From Eledone cirrhosa (Eukaryota): a DNA stretch of 64,000 nt. Under the pieces are notes generated by a model. It worked only from the letters and a program-made list of their open reading frames with translations. It made no database searches and was not told the DNA's origin. The translations under genes and the position numbers were made by a program. Shown here one piece after another: positions 44,386-57,109 of this stretch (its first letter is position 1; every line of letters begins with the position of its first letter). The DNA lies in assembly GCA_964016885.1 (NCBI GenBank), contig OZ024742.1:100130001-100194000 (forward strand), read 5' to 3'.

Positions 44386-44459
44386 TCAGGACACATGTTT
44401 CAATAAGAGATAGATCGATTGTGAAGCCATGATCGATTATCACTGATCTCATCAGGTGA
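44386..44459 (-). ncRNA. Degenerate hammerhead with extended stem II
   Basis: CAC-CUGAUGA-GAUCAGUGAUAAUCGAU..AUCGAUCUAUCUCUUAUU-GAAA-C(AUGU)G-UC; stem I mismatched. Confidence 0.55.
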
Positions 44460-44504
44460 AAATGATTTGTCTTCAAATTCTTGATATGAGGGAGAAAAAA
44501 AAAA

Positions 44505-44536
<32 letters not shown>

Positions 44537-44620
44537 AAAGGCGCGTATATATATACACACATACATACATACATACATACATACATACATACATACATAC
44601 ATACATACATACATACATAC

Positions 44621-45225
44621 ATGGTGGCTGCCAACTCGTTTTCGAGTACGGCCACTACTTTATATCCATGTAGGAGAACCCCTACCGATGCGCTGAACGA
44701 GTGTGACTTTTTAGTCCAGCCAGCGACTTGAAAACTCTGGTACAAACACCACACTTGTGACAATTATTGACACATAGTGCTGGGCCCATGGTACCATGTG
44801 ACGACACGTGCAGAGAGATCTCCAGATATAAAGCAATGCCTGTGCCGTGAAGCTTTTATAGTGAGCAAAAGTACTGCACAAAGCCAGTCCCACTCTCTTA
44901 ACCAAGATGATATTTACCAAAAAGAAGAACAAGTCAACATCATTGGACACCATCAGGGTTGCAGGTGTTATATCAGAGTTTTCCTTCTCCTAGAATTCTG
45001 CTTTGACAAAGGCTAAGAGGTCATCTCTCCCGGTGATTTTGGATGGCCATTGACTCTTAAGAGCTCCTTTGCTCTTTGACAGGTTTTGTTTTTAGTCCTG
45101 CTGGATGTCCAAAGTCACCCTCCTCACCAAGAAACCTTGGTGGGGTTGCCAGTTTAGTCGCCAACGTCCCGATCATGGGACAGGTTGTACTGGAATACAT
45201 GTTACCAGTAGCACCAACTGGTGAA
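44621..45225 (-). mobile_element. Short bipartite RTE-derived non-autonomous retroelement in (CATA)n
   Basis: Hairpin-rich leader with ctaggagaaggaaaactctga (RTE 5' UTR-like) joined to C2H2 coding end HKCGVCTRVFKSLAGLKSHTRSAHR* (stop 44682-44684) and (GTAT)n tail. Confidence 0.65.
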
Positions 45226-45304
45226 CATACATACATACATACATACATACATACATACATACATACATACATACATACATACATACATACATACATACAT
45301 ACAT

Positions 45305-45804
45305 GAAGAATATATTGAGACAGATGGCACTAAGGAATACTGGTGGAACCTGAAAATAAAAACTGCCACCAAATTAAAGCACAACCGGCCTGATATTGTA
45401 GTTTGGGACCACACATTGAAAACGTGTTCTGTTGTGGAGATCAGCTGCCCACTTGATGTAAACGTTGTCAGAAAAATACAGGAGAAGGAGGACATCTACG
45501 GACCATTGATGAGGAGCTTACAAATCCAGTATCCAAGATACACCTTTAGCTTCATACCCATCATTATTGGTGCTACGGGTTATATACCAACCCGCTTGGA
45601 CCAAAGTATGACCGAACTTGGATTTGCGGACAAAAAGCGCAGCTCCCTAATTCATAGTCTACAAATGGCTGCGATAGCTGGCACCTTCAAAATTTGCAAA
45701 ACATTCTTGCGATTCAAGGGATGACAATTTCTTTTCTTTTACAACCTTGCCACCAGGAAGGTGCCCGGTCAAAAAATATACTCAAAATTAAGAGAAAGAG
45801 AAAA
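45305..45804 (+). mobile_element. 5'-truncated R4/Dong-like RLE LINE in (CATA)n
   Basis: Open frame to 45724: YWWN..HNRPDIVVWD..VVEISCPLD..EKEDIY..IPIIIGATG (PD-(D/E)xK RLE); CATA repeats on both sides. Confidence 0.88.
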
Positions 45805-46851
45805 CATGCATACATACATACATACATGCATACATACATACATACATACATACATACATACATACATACATACATACATACATAACCATAAATGAGTCGG
45901 GATTAAGAGTTTATATTCCGGTTTTTAGCAAATTTTCAATTGGGAATAACGAAAATGTTAAGGTTTATAATATTACTAAAAATATATAAATAGAGAGAGA
46001 CTGTGATTTACAATATCCGTTCCGGCTCTCTGTGCTCTGAGTTCAAATCCCATAGAAGTCAACTTTGCCTTTCATCCTTACGTGGTTGATAAAAATCTAC
46101 CAGTCTAGTACTGGGGTCGGTTTTTCCTCTGTATTTCTATCTCACCTCCTCTGTTCTCTGGAGAGAGGATGGGATGCGCCAGGTTTAAAGTCCCAAGACA
46201 CGAGGGCATCCCTACAATTTCATAAGGAATTAGAGGCCATACATACATAAATACAGAGATGTTAAATGAATATAAAAATCCCAAACAAAGGAAACCAAGA
46301 CAGGCGCAGGCGCAGGCGTGCACATACTCGCCTGCACCCACCATACTCTGCAGACAGACGGATTAAAGATGAAAAAAGTATGTAGCATCAAAGAGTGAAT
46401 ATGTCATCTATAAGTTCATACACTATGTTGAAAGAACATTGATCATTAATTAATTAGTTGATAAGCCAATAAGCTAGTGGGTTTATTATCTGATTAATAA
46501 AACAGATGTGAGGATCAGTTAGTGCATGTGTTTTAATTGGCAGAATGACCCTCCCAAAGTACATCATTTTCATTCAGTTACGTTATTAATGACCTTTGAA
46601 AAATCAGAAATGTCATAACGATGATTAATATAAGTACCAACAACTACTGTCAAAAATAGCAGCAATCATCATCATCTTCATCATTGTCATTAGCATAAGC
46701 AGTCTCATATTTGGTAAATATCACTCAGCACTATCACTACCGTCACTATCATCAAATCATTATCAATAATGACTAATTTGTTATGCTACATTCACCTAGA
46801 TTGATCAAGTATTGAAACTAAGTGTCTATGTTTGTTTATATATATATATAT

Positions 46852-47140
46852 ATTAGTAAAACGGAAAAGAAAATGCTGACAAATTTTTCCCAGTGAAAAA
46901 TAGTTTAATTAGGAATAAGTATTAGTTAGAGACAGACTAAGAATTATATAGAGACATCGCTAAATCGCCGAATGCGGTCCCTAAGGCATTGAAAATTTGA
47001 AATTTCTTTTGCTCAGAACACTTCCTGAAACATAAGTATTACGTGTGTAAAGTTTGAAAACAGTCGGTTGGGTGGTTCTCGAGTTTTAGGGATTCGAACT
47101 CACACACACATACAGACATCCTCAGTTTTATATATATAGA
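46852..47140 (-). mobile_element. Short Helitron-family copy (minus strand)
   Basis: 46928-47140 is the reverse complement of 47976-48190 including the 5' TC; distal part matches the palindrome arm at 47190-47260. Confidence 0.7.
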
Positions 47141-47149
47141 TATATATAT

Positions 47150-47505
47150 ATATTTTTAAAAAATAGAGGTGTTACACACGAGTTGTAATATATTAGTAAA
47201 AAGGAAAAGAAAATGCTGACAAATTTTTCCCAGTGAAAAATAGTTTAATTAGGAATAAGTATAAATTAGTAATAAGTATTAGTTAGTATTCAGTTTTAGT
47301 TTTAATTTTTTACCGGTTGCGCATTTCTTATGCTTAAGAAATGCGCAACCGGTAAAAACTTAAAACTAAAACTGAATACTAATTTATACTTATTCCTAAT
47401 TAAACTATTTTTCACTGGGAAAAATTTGTCAGCATTTTCTTTTCCTTTTTACTAATATATCACAACTAGTGTGTCACACCTCTATTTTTTTTTTAAATAT
47501 ATATA
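47150..47505. repeat. ~350-bp near-perfect palindrome
   Basis: Centre accggttgcgcatttctta-tgct-taagaaatgcgcaaccggt; arms match out to atagaggtgt/acacctctat; left arm has short insertions. Confidence 0.9.
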
Positions 47506-47975
47506 TCTCCTTATAATATATAACCAGTAATTTCTCTGTTTGTCTCTCTGTCTGTCCGACAGTGGAAACGCGTGCGCGCGTGCGAATGTTTTTTGCGCAC
47601 GCGTAGAGAGAGAGTGAGAGTGAAAGAAAGAGACAGACTACGAGAGGGGGATAGCGGGAGGGAGAGAGGGAGAGAGAGAGTGAATAGACGCTAAAACACG
47701 TGCGCGCGTGCGAATGTTTTTTGCGCTCGCATAGAGAGAGAGTGAGAGTGAAAGAAAGAGACAGACTACAAGAGGGGGATAGCGGGAGGGAGAGAGGGGG
47801 AATTGAGGAGTGCTACAGAAACATATATACATTTCTGTGTGTGTGTAATTATATATATATACACACAGAAATATATATATATATACACACAGAAATATAT
47901 ATACATTTCTGTGTGTGTAATATATATATATATATATACTAGCAGAAAACCGCCCACCGGGTGGATTTATGCTAG
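47506..47975 (+). mobile_element. Non-autonomous Helitron with ~105-bp internal duplication
   Basis: 5' A|TCtccttataatatataa; 3' ccaccgggtgg hairpin and CTAG at 47972-47975; duplication 47569-47673 / 47698-47800. Confidence 0.65.
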
Positions 47976-48866
47976 TCTATATATATAAAAATGAGGATGT
48001 CTGTCTGTGAGTGTGTGAGTTCGAATCCCTAAAACTCGAGAACCACCCAACCGACTATTTTCAAACTTTACACATGTAAGTCTTATGTTTCAGGGAGTGT
48101 TCTGAGCAAAAGAAATGTCAAATTTGCAATGCCCTAGAGACCGCATTAGGCGATTTAGAGATCTGTCTCTATAATTCCTAGTCTTTCTCTTTTTAGATAG
48201 ATACATACATATAACGTCGCGCCCTTATAATATATGTCTGTATGTCTGGCTGTCTGCATTACGTCACTTCCCTGAGGATGTCTGTCTGTGTGTGTGTGTG
48301 TCTGTGATTTTGAATCCCTAAAACTCGAGAAGTACCCAACCGATTTCTTTCAAACTTTACATGTGTATTACGTATGTTTCAGGGAGTTTTATGCACATAA
48401 AAAATGCAACGCATTAGGTGAAACTGCGTTTTTTAAGGTTTTTAGGAGTTTTTTGAGTCGTTACGTCAGACCGGTTTCCTTGAAATTGTACCTATGTATT
48501 AGTCAGTCTCTTCTTCATACCGTGAGCAAAGAAAATCCAACTTTTTATGGCCTAGGGCCCGCATTAGGTGAAAAACTTCATTTTTTCAGCCTTTTAGGGC
48601 TTTTTGGAGGCGTTACGTCTAGCCGATTTTCCCGAAATTTCAAGGCATATTATGCACAGGCATGTTATCCCCTAGGGCCCGCATTAGGTGAAAACCTGCA
48701 TTTTTTCTGCTTCATCGAGGAAAATCTTAAAGATTATCCAGCCATCAGAGTATTCGGTTTATTTTTTTTACATATTGTCTAGGCATGCAGTTTTTCCACG
48801 ATTAGGTCTGTTGGTGGCCCGCCTTTCAAAATACCTTATCCCGTGCAACGCCGGGTACCACTGCTA

Positions 48867-48867
<1 letters not shown>
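47976..48867 (+). mobile_element. Composite non-autonomous Helitron
   Basis: 5' TCtatatatataaaaatgaggatgtc; second 5'-like segment at 48272; cccgtgcaacgccggg hairpin and CTAG|T at 48864-48868. Confidence 0.88.
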
Positions 48868-48903
<36 letters not shown>

Positions 48904-48994
48904 ATTTATACATACATACATACACACACAGAGACATATTTACATTCATATGTATTTACACGAATGGGCAAACATATATATTTACATATATATA

Positions 48995-49790
48995 AGCTAA
49001 ACGGTTACCCGACTTCCACCGTGAACCGCGTTAGAAATAGGAACCACCGCATTCGAAGCAAGAACTCCACCAACACCTGCTTCCTGAAGCTCCCACATTT
49101 CAGTGATGACACAACAACAGCCTACCACAGGGCCATCCGAAGAGGACTAGACTTACAACTAGCTTACTCGGGGCCGTCACTACGTTGACAACTATCTAGG
49201 AGACGACCTAAAGAACACAACAGCCGCTGCCCGCTGGCTATCTGCCCCATCGATAACACAGACATATGCCATGAAGCATACGTCGTGCACAGAGTCCAGA
49301 GTCCAGTGTAATTGCGACACCTTCTATATATGTTGCACCACCAGACACCTACACATCAGGATTAAGGAACACATTAACACTAATGCTTCCTCATTCAAGA
49401 ATCACTTAGGGAAAAGCAAAAACACCACGAAAAAATAACCGTTATGGTTGAAATAAAAAAAAGGAATCTCGGCAATCTCAGGATTAAGAAAATATTAATC
49501 ATAGCCAGAACACACCCGCAGATCAATAATTGACTAGAACTAAGCACACAATACCGAACTTAGATGGCCACTGGACTCTACACATAAGGGCATACATACG
49601 CACCACTTCCGGCCAGCATGGTATAGCAAGCCACATCGGATACTGGAATAGTTCCTTTATTTTCCTCAGACGAAGAGATATTAATCTCGAAATATCAGGA
49701 CATGATTAAATTAAAGTTAAAAAAAACAAAGCCTGTTTCTTATGACTTCATTATAATCCGTCCAGCCTGCATTGTCGTGACTTTCATACT
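48995..49790 (+). mobile_element. Penelope-like element 3' fragment (GIY-YIG plus pLTR)
   Basis: LNGYP..FLKLPHFSD..CPLAICPI..VVHRV..CNCDTFYICCTTRHLHIRIKEH; hammerhead-like tcct-cagacga-agagat(atta)atctc-gaaa-tatc-agga at 49663-49700. Confidence 0.8.
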
Positions 49791-49927
49791 TCGAATTCTA
49801 TATGCCACATACAATACTTCAAGTAAACTACACATTCCTTACACAGACACACACACAGACACACATAAACACACACACACACACACACACACAGACGCAC
49901 GCACAAATATATGTATATATATAAATA

Positions 49928-50053
<126 letters not shown>

Positions 50054-50711
50054 ATACTCGTGTAAAAGTTGAATATTCTAAACCATTCTTTAAGGTTATA
50101 TTTATGAAGTCGAGTATTACATGGATAGTACATTTGAGGTGCCTGATACACAAGCTAGCATCCAGAGTGCTGTATCAGAAGCAGAGGTCCACTGGTCTCT
50201 CAACGAATACAAACAAAAACACAATGAATTACAGTAGTATTGCTGATTCTCTGCGTTAGAACGTATGTTCTAGTAAATAAGAAAATCTAAACTGGCGTTT
50301 GCTGGTGTTCCCAAGCATGTAAACATGTGTTTTCTTGTGTATGGAAATGAGGAAAACATAAAGTTTGCAGGCTTGCAGCACATCTTCTGCATACATTTTA
50401 GTAATGGTGATATAGCACCTATCAACAGAATGTATTTTACTATAAGTACCGAGTATTCCAGCTATAGGGGAGGCTACAGTAAATTAGACACATGTTTGAG
50501 TAAATTGAATTTCAGACTTGTATTTGCAATAATATGAATTTGCCTTCAATTCATGCTGATCTCATAATAGTGTTAATTCTACGTACAGGATGATACCTTG
50601 ATCCACAAATATTGACCTGTTATCCATGAAATACTAGGGTCAACTGTTACGTGAGATCGACTATTACGCTAGTATATACGGTGTATACATGTATGTATAT
50701 ATATATATACA

Positions 50712-51135
<424 letters not shown>

Positions 51136-51347
51136 ATATACATATATATATATATAGAAGTAGTAGGTTCTTCCTGTTCCGTATAACCATTACCAGTCCG
51201 AGCTGAAGATACGCATAAGGTGGAACAATTCTTCTCGGCATAGTCAACTAACTGTTGTGTTACTACTTCTACCAAACTCGTCCCATGGACTGAGTGCTCT
51301 ACCACTACGGATATTACCTTCCAGTGTTCTACCTCTCTCTCTCTCTC

Positions 51348-51492
<145 letters not shown>

Positions 51493-51590
51493 AGGCATGT
51501 ATTGAGTTAGAAACTCAAAATAGTCTCATTACAGTAAATTAGTTCTAAGAAAGAGGTTTTTCCGAGCCGTATATTATAACTGAACAAAAA

Positions 51591-52009
51591 AGAAAAACAA
51601 ACACAGACATTTACATATATGTGTTCAAATCGAGTAAACTCGGCTGCTATTTTTAGTGGCGAGAGTGTGCGAGACACGCTAAGTTCGGGAACCATGTGCG
51701 TTGCATATACACACATTATCCAGTTTCTAATTAGATTTAGAAGTGATAAGGTTACTAATTTCCTCACCCGCCTATGAGCTTAGGACGTTGGTAATTCTTT
51801 TCACAAATAATATTGCGAAACAGTTTTATCAAAACTGTCCGGGTGTTCGGTTTTTACCACAATTATGGTTTGTATTTATTTTTCTTGATTTATTCTTAAA
51901 TTGAGTCTGGCAAACCCTATTGTCTGTAATTAGTATTTTTTTTCACCTTAGCGATTCTGGTCCATTACGATTTGAACACATATATGTAAATGTCTGTGTT
52001 CGTTTTTCT
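51591..52009 (+). mobile_element. Non-coding element with 42-bp inverted ends and a hammerhead relic
   Basis: 51591-51632 vs 51968-52009 inverted (1 mismatch); hammerhead scaffold at 51765-51845. Confidence 0.7.
51765..51845 (+). ncRNA. Type I hammerhead relic with full stems I and III, mutated core
   Basis: CACCCG-CCUAUGA-GC..GC-GAAA-CAGUUUU(AUC)AAAACUG-UC^CGGGUG. Confidence 0.65.
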
Positions 52010-52243
52010 ATATATATATATAAGCCCTTTAAACTGTACGTTATTACTCTGAGGTTTTATATCTTGTCGAGTGCTTGGCTGCACTTCTAAATGCATTCGT
52101 CGGCTTAGCTGCGGCTTGAGCTTCGAATATGCTGTACTTCCATTTGTATATATATATATATAAGTATTGAAGTTTCCGTTGAAAATTGAAAAAGTCATAG
52201 GAGTGAAGAGGGCTCTATGTAAGTACCAGAGCAAAATTTAATG

Positions 52244-52416
52244 TATAATAAACAATACAATATAATAACCTCATTACCAGAGGTTTCCCGAATAAGACGA
52301 AAAACATAGTTAAAACTATGTTTTAAATTTCCTTGTCCGACGAACGAATGAGGACGTTTTTCGTATTCGTCTTATTCGGGAAACCTCTGGTAATGAGGTT
52401 ATTATATTGTATTGTT

Positions 52417-52423
<7 letters not shown>
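52244..52423 (+). mobile_element. Fold-back element: 58-bp perfect inverted repeat around a hammerhead relic
   Basis: 52244-52301 / 52366-52423; CCUUGU-CCGACGA-ACGAAUGAG..CUUAUUCGG-GAAA-CC(UCU)GG-UA^AUGAGG at 52331-52398. Confidence 0.7.
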
Positions 52424-52468
<45 letters not shown>

Positions 52469-52649
52469 CATGATTAAACAATACTGCCTGAATTAGTATA
52501 CGTATAACATTGAGTATATAAACATATCAATATATCAAATTTACGTATTTATGCGTATCTTGAAGATAATTATGAATTTAATATACAGTATAAATATTGT
52601 AATTAAATTGTAGCGGTTTGAGAAAAAAGGAAGTGAGGCGAGAAAATGG

Positions 52650-52735
52650 ATATATTGGGGCGTCAAGTATGAAATTTGTAGAAAGTTGTGGGGAAAAAAA
52701 TTTCTACAAATTTCATACTTGACGACCCAATATAT
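52650..52735. repeat. Hairpin with 24-bp perfect stem
   Basis: cgtcaagtatgaaatttgtagaaa 52661-52684 / tttctacaaatttcatacttgacg 52701-52724. Confidence 0.8.
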
Positions 52736-52885
52736 TTTTATATATGTTTATTCTATTTATGTCAAAAAACAAGAACGTGTGAAAAGAAAACAACTTTATA
52801 CAAACGGTCAGCAGACAACATTTGTTCGTTTCAATCTCTCATTATTTCCCTGACATTATACTCCTACTTCAACTCATGTGTCAAT

Positions 52886-52917
<32 letters not shown>

Positions 52918-53114
52918 TCACTCTCTGCCTGTCACTCTCTCTCTCTCTCCAGTTCTCTCTCTCATTCTCTTTACCCCTCTCTATATATATGTTTCCAAGT
53001 GTGATAGTGGACAAACCAAACAACACATTAGATATCTACTTTTCTCTCACATTTCTTAGTACACCGCTTTTTAATACGAGGCTGTGGAAGTGATTTCTCT
53101 ACTTCGATTTGTCA

Positions 53115-53755
53115 AGGTCGGACGCCATGCTTTGCAACAAAGAGTTACGCCTCTTTACGGTCTGAGTTTAAATCCCACCGAGGTTAACTTTGCCTTTCAT
53201 CCTTACAGGGTTGATAAAATAAAGTACCAGTAATGCAATGGGATAATTGCTGGCCTGGTGCCAAAAGTAGAAACAATTATTATTAGTTCAAGGGCAAAGG
53301 GCAGTGGATTGGCAGTATCGTTAGACCGTCGAACATCATGCTTTGCAGCATAGAGTTACATCCCTTTGCGTTCTGAGTTCAAATCGTACCGAGGTTAGCT
53401 TTGCTTTTCATACTTACGGAGCTTATTAAATAAAGTACCACTAACGACTGGGGTCGATTTAATCAACATTTTTCCTCCCTCAAAATTGTTGGCCTTGTGC
53501 CTAAATCAGAATCCATTATTATTAGTTGAAGGGCAAACGGTGATGGATTAGCAGTATCGGTAGACCGTCGAACACCTTGCTTTGCTGCATAGAGTTACAT
53601 CCCTTTACGTTCTGTGTTCAAATCCCGCCGAGGTTAGCTTCGCTTTTCATCTTTAATGGTCTATAAAATAAAGAACCAGTAATGCACTTTCCTCTTCCTC
53701 AAAATCTTTGGCCTTGTGCCTAAATCAGATTAGATCAATTATTAGATCAAGGGCT
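53115..53755 (+). mobile_element. Three head-to-tail tRNA-SINE copies
   Basis: Three B-box/central/tail sets; linker attattagtt(c/g)aagggcaaa repeated between units. Confidence 0.85.
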
Positions 53756-53865
53756 GCAGTAAAAAAGCATTCTGCTTCCACTACGGATTCAGCCTCAGAA
53801 AACAACGGCTTTATCACACACTCTACGGGTAAAAATGCTTTCGTTTTTCCCACTTTCTAAATAAT

Positions 53866-54054
53866 TGTTTCTACTTTTGGCACAAGGCCATCAATTACCC
53901 AGTACATTACTGGTACTTTATTTTATCGACCCGTAAGAATGAAAGGCAAAGTTAACCTCGGCGGGATTTGAACTCAGACCGTAAAGGGAGGACGTAACTA
54001 TGCTGGAAAGCATGGCGTCCGACTCTCTACCGATACTGCCAATCCACACCCGTC
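53866..54054 (-). mobile_element. Full-length tRNA-SINE with 20-bp TSD
   Basis: TSD tttcccactttctaaataat at 53846-53865 and 54055-54074. Confidence 0.9.
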
Positions 54055-54449
54055 TTTCCCACTTTCTAAATAATACGTAGATATTATTCTTTCTTTTTTT
54101 ATCTTTTAATTTCTTCTCTCTAGCTCTTTACGCCATTATTTTATTCTCTATTATTTATTTTCTGATGAAGGACTACCGTGGGAAACGTAAAACACTCTTT
54201 TCGATCGTTAAAATCATACCTATGCTTCTATAGTGTTCTATTCGTGTTGTTTTTGCTGTTATTTCTTTTTTATTGTTTGTTTGTTTAGTGTCTTTTGACT
54301 CTTTTGACTCTTTTCACTATTTTTAAGCATACTTTTTTCTGAAATATATAGCCCCAAACGGTATATTTAACTTTTTCTCACTTCTCAAGAGCATTGAACA
54401 AATATTTGCAATTTCTACCAGATTCTGTCACGTATTTCTGTTCTCCAGC

Positions 54450-54523
<74 letters not shown>

Positions 54524-54747
54524 ATGGTGTGTGTGAGGGAGGGCGAACAAATATGACCGTCTAATTGATCGAATATTCATGAAAGTTGAAGTAACGGCTA
54601 AAGGCATTAGACAAATAAATATAATTACAATAACTTACATGTATTCAATAATTTCTTTCTTATTCGTTATAAATAACATACACACACTCACATGGACATA
54701 GACCCACACAGACACACACAAACACACACTCTTTCTCATAAACACAT

Positions 54748-54821
<74 letters not shown>

Positions 54822-54830
54822 GTATATATA

Positions 54831-54862
<32 letters not shown>

Positions 54863-54912
54863 CATGATTTCGACACTCATACATACAACCTGTGCATATA
54901 TAGATGTTTATA

Positions 54913-54947
<35 letters not shown>

Positions 54948-55503
54948 GTGCGTGTGTGTGTGTCTGTGTGCATATATGTATGCACACACATACATATATG
55001 CACATATTTGCATACCTAGATACATACGCCCGGGAGTACATATATTACAAACATACATACGTACGTACATATATACATATATATATATATACATACAAAC
55101 AAATATACATATATACATACATACATATATATACATACATTTTGCTGCCATTATAGTTCTTATTCGTTAATGAGAGAACTTCTCTATTGAGACGCCCTGG
55201 GACTCCATCTGCAGTAAAGGTCAATAAGTATGGATTTAGTAGCAATATGACACAGCAGAAATGCTGGAATTACGCGGGTGCTGTGGACGTTCAGGTACAA
55301 ATGCCCTAAACCAATATGTTTTAAAGGTCAGCCTGGTTTGAAGTTTGGTCTATTATTTGTTTGTGGTGATGTTTATTCGGTGGTTTTGTTTTACAGGTTT
55401 TCTATTAATCTGTGGAATTGTTATATATTTTTGTTTTTGTTGTTTTTGATATTCTTTCATACATACCGCATTGGAGCCTTTTGATTTGTTCGTAAAACAG
55501 TTG

Positions 55504-55556
<53 letters not shown>

Positions 55557-55677
55557 TATATATGTATACATACATATGTATATCTATATATAATATATAA
55601 ATATGTGTGTGTGTATATATATATAATTAGAGTGGTATAATCCACTATTATTTTGGTAAGGTGCGTCATTTTGCATT

Positions 55678-55716
<39 letters not shown>

Positions 55717-55726
55717 CACACATGTT

Positions 55727-55776
<50 letters not shown>

Positions 55777-55789
55777 TATATATATATAT

Positions 55790-55820
<31 letters not shown>

Positions 55821-55824
55821 CACA

Positions 55825-55866
<42 letters not shown>

Positions 55867-56841
55867 CACACATATATATATACACACATATATATATACA
55901 TATACACAAATATATAGGGATATACATAATACACACAGGTACACATGTATATATGTGCGTATGTGTGTGTGCGTGGAAAAATGTTCGAATTGAGAGAGAA
56001 TATGTTTTCTTGATTCTTAATTCCTTGACAGTTTTTGACAGTGATATACGACAGGAAATATTAACGTACATATTTGCGCGTGCGTGGTGAAAGACTGCGG
56101 AAGTAAGAGAGAAGAAGTAAAGGGTAGATAGGAAAATATTATATGGGAAGGAGTGGGGAGGAGAAAAATGAAAGGATCATGAAGGGGGTTATAAAGCCGT
56201 ATTGAATCTTTTTGATACCTGAGTCACTTAAACGAGACAGGTTTATATGCTCAATATGCACCTATCTCATGACGGTGTAGCGCATTTTCGTTAATTACAT
56301 GAATTAAAGTGTTTGTTCAAGGTCATAATGCGCTCCTGGGAATCGAACTCACAACCTTATGATCGTGAACAGAACAACCTAATGATTAAACCACTCACCC
56401 TCACAGCAGTGGCATATGAAGATATATAAATGGTGATTGCTCATATATAGACAGTGTGAGTTGAGATACTGGTTTGTGTTACTTCTTTGTGAGCAAACAC
56501 ATAGGATAATATTGTCTTTTAATATAAGCACGAGACAGAAAATTTCTGGTAGAAAACAGTCGATTATATCGAACTAGTAGCTGGAATTAAACACTGAACA
56601 TAGAAAGTTATAACGAAATATTGTAATGGATTCTAGCGACAGTCTACCAAACAATAACATTGAAAATACTTTAAAGTGATTTTTTTTTTTAATAATGGAA
56701 ATAAATTATAAAGACCATATTCTTATTTAATCATTCGGCTCATGTACACAATATATCAAGATAAAATTGAAATTAAATTCACCGAGATAGAATTTTTAAA
56801 ATATGGACAAAAACATTCTTGTAAAGATAAATTGAGTAACT

Positions 56842-57024
56842 AATAATTGTTTCTACTTTAGGCACAAGGCCAGCAATTACCCAATGCATTACTGGTACTT
56901 TATTTTATCGACCCCGTAAGGATGAAAGGCAAAGTCAACTTCGACGGGATTTGAACTCAGATTGTAAAGGGACGTAACTATGCTGGAAAGCATGACGTCC
57001 GACCCTCTACCGATACTGCCAATC
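56842..57024 (-). mobile_element. Near full-length tRNA-SINE
   Basis: Close reverse complement of 41822-42003. Confidence 0.88.
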
Positions 57025-57109
57025 ATATTTTTCAAATAGTACTAGGTTTCTAAACACACGAACAGGCTACAAATGACTGATGTGATATATAACTTCCATT
57101 GGAATAGGA

